NCBI GenBank assembly: GCA_047617745.1
Contig: JBLGBN010000006.1
Span: 1-35,028 of the forward strand
Origin: Candidatus Nanohaloarchaea archaeon
GTDB taxonomy: Archaea; Nanohalarchaeota; Nanosalinia; Nanosalinales; Nanosalinaceae
DNA: 35,028 nt
Direction: 5' to 3'
Part shown: piece after piece, positions 8,614 to 16,056 of the stretch
Numbering within the stretch: position 1 is the first letter of the stretch
How the letters are laid out: the number at the start of each line of letters is the position of its first letter
Notes under the pieces: generated by a model
What the model was told of the DNA's origin: nothing
Database searches by the model: none
Seen by the model: the letters and a program-made list of their open reading frames with translations, nothing else
Made by a program: the position numbers and the translations under genes

Positions 8614-8719
8614 AGCCCCCTGGTGTAGCGGTCAAACCTCTACGAGTTTGACTCTAGAAAGGGACCATTCATATCGGCCTTTGGAGCCGGTGACGGAGGT
8701 TCGAATCCTCTGGGGGCTA
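8614..8719 (+). tRNA. tRNA-Gln(TTG) with 33-nt intron at position 21/22 (8636-8668)
   Basis: Acceptor AGCCCCC/GGGGGCT; BHB-like GGTC-AAA-CCT...AGG-GACC-ATT; 73-nt product with anticodon TTG at 8681-8683. Confidence 0.92.
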
Positions 8720-8868
8720 AACACATATCCACTTCTAGGGATTCTTGAGCCGGGCAGCTGGGGTTTTTTGCTTAAGCCTGGTCTCCGGTTATTGAAACAC
8801 TATTTCTGACCTCTCTGTACCAGATTTTAAAGCTTGGAGTTTTCAGAAAGATTTTTGAGTGATCAAAA

Positions 8869-9480
8869 ATGAAAACAAAACTTCTAACAATCAGTTTGGC
8901 GACTATAGCAATTTTTGGATTAGCAACAGCACAGTCAACCGTCAGTGTCGAAGGTCAGTACGCAGAACCTTCGCAGGCATCTCCGGGAGATGATATCTCC
9001 AACCAGATGTTCAGTGTAATGATCGAAGGTTTAAGCGCTGACGGAGACACCGACTATGTCTACTTCGAGTTCCCGAACAAGTTTGAAGGAAGGCTTTCTC
9101 CGAACACTGTAGATAGTAATGTATCGGTTTCAAGCAGCAACAGTCTTGTCGACTACGATAATGACAGCGTTCAGGAGACAGTTGAAGTAGGTCTTAGCAG
9201 AGATGGAAACAATTCGGTTACAACTGAAGTGACTCTGGATACAGGAGTTACATACCCTGACCAGTTCGAGGATTTCAATGTAAACGTTTACGTTGAAGAC
9301 AGTAGCCATGGCGAAGACTCAACTTCTCTGGAAGTAACTAACTCAGCAAGTGAAGAAGAAACATCCGACAGCCAGGACACAGAAAGTGAAGACTCAGCAG
9401 AAGAAACTGACTCAAATACGTCAGAAACTTCTGAAGGTCTTTTAGGCGGAATTCTTGGCTTCTTCACAGGGCTTTTCTAA
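8869..9480 (+). CDS. Secreted/surface protein with acidic Ser/Glu linker and hydrophobic C-terminal tail
   Basis: Sec signal MKTKLLTISLATIAIFGLATA; beta-rich body; tail GLLGGILGFFTGLF. Confidence 0.75.
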   Translation: MKTKLLTISLATIAIFGLATAQSTVSVEGQYAEPSQASPGDDISNQMFSVMIEGLSADGDTDYVYFEFPNKFEGRLSPNTVDSNVSVSSSNSLVDYDNDSVQETVEVGLSRDGNNSVTTEVTLDTGVTYPDQFEDFNVNVYVEDSSHGEDSTSLEVTNSASEEETSDSQDTESEDSAEETDSNTSETSEGLLGGILGFFTGLF

Positions 9481-9510
9481 GCCCCTCCATTTCTTTCTTA
9501 TCTTTTTCTA
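9481..9510 (+). terminator. Pyrimidine/oligo-T terminator
   Basis: CCATTTCTTTCTTATCTTTTTC just after the stop codon. Confidence 0.45.
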
Positions 9511-9525
9511 ACCTAACCATAGAGT

Positions 9526-9810
9526 ATGACAGAAGTACGCGCATCCCATATCCTCGTTGACAACGAAGAACATGCTAAACAGATCAAAATTGAGCTTGAG
9601 AGAGACGACGATAAAACTTTCGCTGAGATGGCTAAGGAGAAGTCCGAAGGGCCTTCCGGCGATAACGGAGGAGATCTAGGTTTCTTCGGAAGAGGCGACA
9701 TGGTCAAGCCTTTCGAGAAGAAAGCTTTCGAAATGGATGTAGGAGAGATTTCCGAACCTGTAAAGACCGAGTTCGGATGGCACCTGATCAAGAAGACTGA
9801 CGAAAAATAG
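9526..9810 (+). CDS. Parvulin-type peptidyl-prolyl isomerase, single domain
   Basis: [39 protein letters not shown]. Confidence 0.95.
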   Translation: MTEVRASHILVDNEEHAKQIKIELERDDDKTFAEMAKEKSEGPSGDNGGDLGFFGRGDMVKPFEKKAFEMDVGEISEPVKTEFGWHLIKKTDEK

Positions 9811-9896
9811 AGGGTTTTTCTTCAACCAGAAAGGCTGGGTTAACACCTAGTCCACCTTTATAAAATTTAACAGAGATCTTCAAGGTACGGGTTATC

Positions 9897-10379
9897 ATGG
9901 CCGAGACACAGCAAATTGTAAGGATTGCAAGAACAGGTGTAGACGGAGCCAAACCAGTAAGCAAAGCGCTTACAGGGCTCAAAGGCGTAGGAGATATGTA
10001 CGCCAATGCCGTCGCACAGAAACTTGACATAGACGCAGATCAAACACTGGGAGATCTCTCAGAAGACAAAATCGACGAGATCGAAGAAATAATCAAGAAC
10101 CCGGATCAGATTGATCTGCCTACATGGGTAAGAAACCGTAGAAAGGAAAGAGACACTGGTGAAGACAACCATCTTATTGAATCCGACCTGGAGCTCAAGG
10201 AAGAGTTCGATATCAGAAGGATGAAGGAAATCGGTTCTTACAAAGGTTGGAGACACGAAATCGGCCTGCCTGTAAGAGGACAGAAGACGAAGTCCTCATT
10301 CAGAACAGGAAGCAAGATTGGAGTATCCCGTGCAAGACTTCAGGAAGAAGCCTCAGAAGGAGGAGGCAAAGAGGAATAG
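9897..10379 (+). CDS. rps13: 30S ribosomal protein S13 (uS13)
   Basis: IVRIARTGVDG, ALTGLKGVG, SYKGWRHEIGLPVRGQKTKS. Confidence 0.96.
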   Translation: MAETQQIVRIARTGVDGAKPVSKALTGLKGVGDMYANAVAQKLDIDADQTLGDLSEDKIDEIEEIIKNPDQIDLPTWVRNRRKERDTGEDNHLIESDLELKEEFDIRRMKEIGSYKGWRHEIGLPVRGQKTKSSFRTGSKIGVSRARLQEEASEGGGKEE

Positions 10380-10389
10380 GTGAATTAGC

Positions 10390-10983
10390 ATGGTAAAGAA
10401 ACTAAAGAAACAGTACGAGACACCGAACGAAGGATGGAGTGAGGAAAGGATCCAGAGAGAGGACCAGCTCGTTGAAGAGTACGGCCTCAAAAACAAGAAA
10501 GAAGTATACAAAGCAGAAAGCATGCTCAGAGATCTCAGAAGAGAGGCAAGAAAGCTTGTTGCACAGGAAGACGAAGAACAGAACCAGAACCTGATCAACA
10601 AGGCACAGTCGCTTGGACTTGTCAAAAAGGATGCGCAGCTAGAAGATATTCTAACACTGAATACTACAGACATCCTTGACAGAAGACTTCAGACAGCTGT
10701 CAACAGAAGAGGGTACTCGGACACAGTAAACGAGGCAAGACAGCTGGTAACACATGGCCACACAGAAATAGATGGCAAAAGAGTGAACATTCCAGGATAC
10801 CTGCTCACACAGGAAGAAGAGAAAAAACTTGAAGTAGAACTACCGGAACCAGATGAAGAAACCGAGACAGAAGAAGTAGAAGAGCAGGAAGAAACAGCAG
10901 AGGAACCAGAAGAGACAGAAGAATCTGAGGAAGCTGAAGAAAATGAATCAGGAGACGAAAACAAAGAAGGTGATGAAGAATGA
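10390..10983 (+). CDS. rps4: 30S ribosomal protein S4 (uS4) with about 45-aa acidic C-terminal tail
   Basis: [26 protein letters not shown]. Confidence 0.95.
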   Translation: MVKKLKKQYETPNEGWSEERIQREDQLVEEYGLKNKKEVYKAESMLRDLRREARKLVAQEDEEQNQNLINKAQSLGLVKKDAQLEDILTLNTTDILDRRLQTAVNRRGYSDTVNEARQLVTHGHTEIDGKRVNIPGYLLTQEEEKKLEVELPEPDEETETEEVEEQEETAEEPEETEESEEAEENESGDENKEGDEE

Positions 10984-11363
10984 CAAAAAAAGGAATAGTT
11001 AACATTTACTCAAGCTTCAACAACACGATACTACACATAACAGACGCAACCGGAGCAGAGACAATCTCAAGAATCTCAGCCGGCATGGTAACAGACAAAG
11101 GAAGACTTCAGGGAAGTCCTTTCCCAGCCATGAAAGCAGCAAAACAGGCTGTAGACGAAGCAATGGAGAAAGGAATCGAGAAAGTCGACATCCAGGTAAG
11201 AGCACCCGGAGGCCAGAAACAGAAAATGCCAGGGAAAGGAGCACAGCCAGCTATCAGAGCTATCTCCCGATCAGATCTGGAAGTCGGAAATATTGAAGAT
11301 GTCACACCTGTACCGCACGACGGATGCAGAGCAAAAGGCGGTAAAAGAGGACGCAGAGTTTAA
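10980..11363 (+). CDS. rps11: 30S ribosomal protein S11 (uS11)
   Basis: [44 protein letters not shown]. Confidence 0.96.
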   Translation: MTKKGIVNIYSSFNNTILHITDATGAETISRISAGMVTDKGRLQGSPFPAMKAAKQAVDEAMEKGIEKVDIQVRAPGGQKQKMPGKGAQPAIRAISRSDLEVGNIEDVTPVPHDGCRAKGGKRGRRV

Positions 11364-11378
11364 ACTGAGGGCTAAATA

Positions 11379-11951
11379 ATGGAACTTGAAACAGTAGAGG
11401 AAACAGACGATGTTCTAAAAGTTGAAATCTCGGATATAAACGAAGTAATAGCTAATTCTCTCAGAAGATCAATGATGATCAAAGTTCCAACACTCTCAGT
11501 AGAGGAACTCACAATCAGAGACAACGGATCCGCGTTAATTGACGAAGTCCTGGCCAACAGGATCGGACAGGTGCCTTTCACAGTACCACAGAACGTGGAC
11601 GAAGAAGACACGGTACACATCGCACTGAAACAGGAAGGACCTGGAACAGTTCTCGCAGAAGACCTCCAGGCGGACAACGATGAGGCAGAGCCGGTTAACC
11701 CTGAAGCAATTATCGTAGAACTCAAGGAAGATCAGGCAGTAGATCTGGAAGCAGAAGCAGAGCTTGGTAGAGGAGAAAAGCACGCCAAACACCAGGGCGG
11801 AACAATCGGATACGAGAAAAAAGAAGATGGTGTATACGAGTTCAGAATCGAATCCACTTCAGGCTACACAAACGAAGAACTTCTTGAGAAAGCAGTAGAA
11901 GAGATCAAAAACGAACTCGACGAATTCGGAGAAGCAGTAGCCGAAATTTAG
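11379..11951 (+). CDS. rpoD: RNA polymerase subunit D (Rpo3), compact, no Fe-S domain
   Basis: ANSLRRSMM..VPTLSVE, N.SALIDEVLANRIGQVP, G.G..HAKHQ; follows S11; no Cys. Confidence 0.93.
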   Translation: MELETVEETDDVLKVEISDINEVIANSLRRSMMIKVPTLSVEELTIRDNGSALIDEVLANRIGQVPFTVPQNVDEEDTVHIALKQEGPGTVLAEDLQADNDEAEPVNPEAIIVELKEDQAVDLEAEAELGRGEKHAKHQGGTIGYEKKEDGVYEFRIESTSGYTNEELLEKAVEEIKNELDEFGEAVAEI

Positions 11952-11989
11952 ACATATTCGTTATAACTTTTTCTTGATAACAGATCGGT

Positions 11990-12460
11990 ATGGAGGAAAA
12001 CCCTCTTATAGAAGCAAGCAGAAAGTATCAAAAACTCCAGGAATACACCGAAAAACTGGCAAACGCCGCCCACCGCCATCCCGAAGTAGCGTACGACCGG
12101 GGCTCCACACCAAGTATTGGAGCAGAATTCACAGATAAAGAAGACCTAACTGAAGAAGAATGTCTGGCAGATATGAAACTTTTCTCCTACCTCGTCTCAA
12201 ACAAATGGCAGGAAACACAGGAATACTTTATCTTTGAACTTCAGAACGACCTCAAATCATATTTAGACGAAACCGACGAAGAGGGCGCTGAAGTATATCA
12301 AGAGGCGTTTGAAAGCTTTTACGAAAAATGCCAGGAACTAGATAGGGATATAGCCGAACTAGATAGGTCTCTTGACAGAGTACTTGACAAAACGCCAAGT
12401 CAGAAGTTCGAAGAACCTACCCTCGAACCAGCCCACAATACTTTAGCAAGATCTGATTGA
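11990..12460 (+). CDS. Hypothetical acidic helical protein
   Basis: 156-aa ORF filling the gap between rpoD and tRNA-Leu; no recognised motif. Confidence 0.65.
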   Translation: MEENPLIEASRKYQKLQEYTEKLANAAHRHPEVAYDRGSTPSIGAEFTDKEDLTEEECLADMKLFSYLVSNKWQETQEYFIFELQNDLKSYLDETDEEGAEVYQEAFESFYEKCQELDRDIAELDRSLDRVLDKTPSQKFEEPTLEPAHNTLARSD

Positions 12461-12501
12461 TGATTCTCTTTTAACTTTGATTTAACCCAATTGTAATCTA
12501 G

Positions 12502-12584
<83 letters not shown>

Positions 12585-12631
12585 CATATCAAGTTTTCTC
12601 GAATTCAATTTGAAAACCACAGTATAGTGAT

Positions 12632-13378
12632 CTAGTAGAAAACTATTACAACACCTTGATAGCCGTCTCCACCGGAGATTGAATTGCTGGTAGATGTACC
12701 ACCTGCAGAACCACCACCTCCTGATAATGTAATATCTCCATCATCACTATAGGCGTATCCGCCTTTCCCTCCGCTATTATTCGATGAGCCAGCTTCATAT
12801 GGGCTTTTACCTCCTCTACCGGTTACACCTCCAAAACTGCTGTCCTCTCCATCATTAGGCATTTCACTGGTACTTTGAGAGCCTGCTCCTCCAGAACCTA
12901 TTGCAACTGAATAAGAGCTACTGGGATTTTCAATAACAGATATTGCAGTACTGCCCGCACCACCACCAGCGCCAGCATCCCCCTGTGTATCAACACCTGC
13001 ACCACCAGCCCCACCGCCCGTAACTATTACAAGCAAATTATCAGCCTCGGATGGAGTACTCCATGTAGTATCAGACTCTATAACCTCTACATTACTGTAA
13101 CCATTACTCGATAAATCTTCGGAAGTATTGCCTTGTAGAGTTTTAGCATCTAAATCACTTGTGCCTTGATCTTGAGGTTGAATAAGAGACCAAGCTGAGG
13201 TAGCTGAAGAAAAACTCAAGACTCCGATACCCATTCCTGCCAATTTCAGAAATCGTCTTCTATCAATAGATGGATTCTCATTTAAAGTAGCGCTTTCCTC
13301 GCTTCCTTCACCCGCAAGCCTTTCTCTAATTTTTCTCTCTACAACTTCTTCAATTTCTTCCTCAGTAAAGTTGCCCAT
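12632..13378 (-). CDS. Twin-arginine-motif protein with glycine-rich, tail-fibre-like C-terminal domain
   Basis: DRRRFLK plus hydrophobic stretch; TWSTP...VIVTGGGAGG...GAGGGAG...G.QGVVIVFY; AGGTG SD before ATG 13378. Confidence 0.75.
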   Translation of the reverse strand: MGNFTEEEIEEVVERKIRERLAGEGSEESATLNENPSIDRRRFLKLAGMGIGVLSFSSATSAWSLIQPQDQGTSDLDAKTLQGNTSEDLSSNGYSNVEVIESDTTWSTPSEADNLLVIVTGGGAGGAGVDTQGDAGAGGGAGSTAISVIENPSSSYSVAIGSGGAGSQSTSEMPNDGEDSSFGGVTGRGGKSPYEAGSSNNSGGKGGYAYSDDGDITLSGGGGSAGGTSTSNSISGGDGYQGVVIVFY

Positions 13379-13433
13379 GATCACACCTGCATTAGGTAAC
13401 CCTGTCCAAATTAATACATTATTTCTATATTAT

Positions 13434-13784
13434 TCAATCTCCCAGATCGCTTAACTCGTCCTGAAGATTCTCAAGCTCGGAATGCAGCTCGTTAACGGAA
13501 TCATCGATATGATCAACCTGTTCATGCTGTTCAACTTCCATTGAAACAGACTGGCCGGGTTCAACTTCGGGCATCTCAACCTCTACATCCTCCAGCTTGT
13601 CGTTCAGGCGGTCAAGGTTCTCATAGATAGTATCAATTGATTTCTCCTTTACAATTCTCACCTGTTCAAGAACCTCGGAGGCCTCTTGGATATTATCAAT
13701 TATCTGCCTTATCGCCTCTAGATCCTGTAAAAGCACTTTGTAGCCGTCTACTCTCACATATAGCTGGTCGTCTTCTGCTGGCAT
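13434..13784 (-). CDS. Hypothetical coiled-coil protein
   Basis: LYVRVDGY start followed by two heptad-rich segments. Confidence 0.7.
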   Translation of the reverse strand: MPAEDDQLYVRVDGYKVLLQDLEAIRQIIDNIQEASEVLEQVRIVKEKSIDTIYENLDRLNDKLEDVEVEMPEVEPGQSVSMEVEQHEQVDHIDDSVNELHSELENLQDELSDLGD

Positions 13785-13861
13785 TGCCCTAACATATGCT
13801 GGATTTCGGCGCTTATTAAAAATACCTCAAGAACCAAAGTTAGGATACAGAAAAGTAGCTC

Positions 13862-13930
13862 TCAGAGGTGTTCAAGTTGTCATCATAACCCCTTTGGGTC
13901 GGAGCTCAGACGATGTCTGTACCTCATCAT
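13862..13930 (-). ncRNA. Box C/D guide sRNA (dual guide)
   Basis: Minus strand reads ATGATGA-GGTACAGACATCGT-CTGA-GCTCCGACCCAAAGGGGTT-ATGATGA-CAACTTGAACACCT-CTGA; all four boxes perfect, both guides 14 nt. Confidence 0.9.
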
Positions 13931-13966
13931 CGAAAAACCTATACTAAATATTCATCGGCAAAGCTT

Positions 13967-14485
13967 CTAAACCTCGCCCTCGTGATACCTGCCGGAATAA
14001 CCATCTGTTTCCTCTATACTGTGAAAAACAAGCTGATTAACCCTGGCGTTCTCCTTGATCTCAACGCCATCTTCATTCTCAACTACAAGCATGAAGCTGC
14101 CGGTACCCGTATAGCCTGCGTCCCATACTGCATTCTCGATGCTGCAACCCATTCTAAGCAGAGAGCTACGAGGGTAGGCGAAAGCGGTCAGATGCTCCGG
14201 TATATCCACTTTCTCATTCATCACCACTTTATAGGCGCCCTGCTCTAACCTCCACCATCCATAATCGTCTTCACCGTCCTTCTTCACAGGTTCTATTTTT
14301 TCGGTTTCCGGAATTTCTCTCTCCGAATTAGAGAAATCCAAGCTTCCAGACTCCTTGTATCGATGGATCTCGCCAGCTGTTAAATCAAAACCCTGAGGTG
14401 TGAGCTGGGTATCAAGATGGACATAATCCTGGACTAGACCGTTTTTCTCAATAGCTTCTCTCAGCTGCTGTTTGTTCAGTATCAT
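13967..14485 (-). CDS. dut: Archaeal trimeric dUTPase
   Basis: [35 protein letters not shown]; the dCTP-deaminase catalytic Glu is not evident; ATG 14485. Confidence 0.85.
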   Translation of the reverse strand: MILNKQQLREAIEKNGLVQDYVHLDTQLTPQGFDLTAGEIHRYKESGSLDFSNSEREIPETEKIEPVKKDGEDDYGWWRLEQGAYKVVMNEKVDIPEHLTAFAYPRSSLLRMGCSIENAVWDAGYTGTGSFMLVVENEDGVEIKENARVNQLVFHSIEETDGYSGRYHEGEV

Positions 14486-14575
14486 ATTACAGTTTTCGAC
14501 TGCAAGGCTCAAAAACTTTCAGGGAACTCGAAGCCAATAAAAAACTGTAGCCGGAAGAAAAACTGTGAACAATTA

Positions 14576-15886
14576 ATGATAGATCGAAAATACACGCACG
14601 ACATAACCGCTGAAGACAGCGGAGAAAAAGTCTCAGTCGCAGGATGGGCGCACGAAATCCGGGACCTAGGAGGAATCACTTTTGTCATCCTGAGAGACAG
14701 GGAAGGGCAGGTACAGGTAATATTCAAGGAAGACGAAGACAAGGAGTTATTTGAGAAAGCCCAGGAAATCGGAAAAGAAGATGTAGTACACGTAACAGGA
14801 ACAGTAGAGGAAAATGACCAGGCTCCAGGAGACAGGGAGATACACCCTGACTCGCTGGAAATAATCGGAGAAGCAGAATCTCCGCTACCAATGGATATAT
14901 CGAAGGATATCGAATCAGACCTCTCAACAAGACTCGACTCACGGTTCATGGATCTCAGAAGACCGGAGGTTCACGCAGTATTCTCGCTGAGATCACATCT
15001 AATTGAGAACATGGAGGCCTGGTTCGACGAGAACGAATACATCAACATCCAGACACCTACCATTGCAAAGATGGGCGCAGAAGGAGGAGCGGAGCTATTT
15101 CCTGTAATCTACTACGATGAAGAGGCTTTCCTCTCGCAGAGCCCACAGCTCTACAAGCAGATGCTGATGGCTGCAGGATTCGACAAGGTCTACAAGACAG
15201 GGACCGCTTTCAGAGCAGAGGAATTCGCGACCTCGAGACATGTCTCCGAAATCTCGATGTTCGACGTGGAGCTGGCATTCATTGAAGACCAGCATGACGT
15301 TATGGATGTAGTCGAGGAATCACTAAGACACACTCTAAGGGAGACAAAGAAGGAGGCAGCAGACGATCTGGATGTCCTGGGAATAGATCTTCAGGTTCCA
15401 GAGGAGGACTTCCCGAGAATCAAGTTTGAAGAGGCAAGAAGAATCCTGAAGGAGGAGTATGACTACGAACCGGATGATCCGGAAGATCTCGACACCAAGG
15501 GAGAAAAACTGCTGGGGGAGCACTTCATGGAGAAAGGGCATCCTGCAGTATTCGTAGTAGGGTATCCTGGCGAGAAGTTCTACTACATGGAGGCCCGGGA
15601 GGGCGACGAGTACCAGTCAAGGAGATTCGACATGCTCTACAAGGGCCTGGAACTGGTCTCCGGAGGGCAGAGAGAGCACGATATGGACCGGCTGATGGCT
15701 GCAGTAGAGGATGAAGGAATCGATCCGGAAGACATCAGTTTCTACCTGGAAAGTTTCAAGTTTGGAATGCCTCCACACGGCGGGTACGGGCTTGGAATCG
15801 ACCGCCTGGTCAAACAGGTAGCCGAACTGGACAACGTCAAGGAAGGAATCCTATTCCCGCGAACGCCGGACAGACTCACACCTTGA
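14576..15886 (+). CDS. aspS: Aspartyl-tRNA synthetase, archaeal non-discriminating type
   Basis: [11 protein letters not shown] (His) and QAPG (Pro) ND determinants; [27 protein letters not shown]. Confidence 0.93.
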   Translation: MIDRKYTHDITAEDSGEKVSVAGWAHEIRDLGGITFVILRDREGQVQVIFKEDEDKELFEKAQEIGKEDVVHVTGTVEENDQAPGDREIHPDSLEIIGEAESPLPMDISKDIESDLSTRLDSRFMDLRRPEVHAVFSLRSHLIENMEAWFDENEYINIQTPTIAKMGAEGGAELFPVIYYDEEAFLSQSPQLYKQMLMAAGFDKVYKTGTAFRAEEFATSRHVSEISMFDVELAFIEDQHDVMDVVEESLRHTLRETKKEAADDLDVLGIDLQVPEEDFPRIKFEEARRILKEEYDYEPDDPEDLDTKGEKLLGEHFMEKGHPAVFVVGYPGEKFYYMEAREGDEYQSRRFDMLYKGLELVSGGQREHDMDRLMAAVEDEGIDPEDISFYLESFKFGMPPHGGYGLGIDRLVKQVAELDNVKEGILFPRTPDRLTP

Positions 15887-15998
15887 TGTAATACATTTTC
15901 CCTTTTTCCTTAATTATTCTACTTATTTGTATTACATAGAATTTAGATGTAATACAAAAAGAGCTTATAAACCCTTCAAATCTCCTAAATATAATACA
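15887..15998. promoter_or_regulatory. Four palindromic TGTAWTACA-type boxes around a TATA box upstream of smc
   Basis: TGTAATACA 15887, TGTATTACA 15928, TGTAATACA 15948, TATAATACA 15990; CTTATAAA at 15964-15971. Confidence 0.65.
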
Positions 15999-16056
15999 GA
16001 AACTAATGTCGGATGGCGCAGTCTTTTTATGCCGACCTAACGAAGTATTATACTAC

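Noticed and set aside
7966..8719. tRNA-Gln pair as attL/attR of a provirus
   Set aside because: Both are complete genes with different anticodons; there is no integrase and only about 500 nt between them
15887..15998. CRISPR array or Orc1 ORB origin
   Set aside because: Repeats are only 9-11 nt with irregular spacers; no ORB G-string and no cas or orc1/cdc6 gene nearby
16006..16056. Upstream ATG start of smc at 16006
   Set aside because: The extra 17 aa are atypical; TTTTTAT at 16024 fits a leaderless start at 16057; not fully excluded
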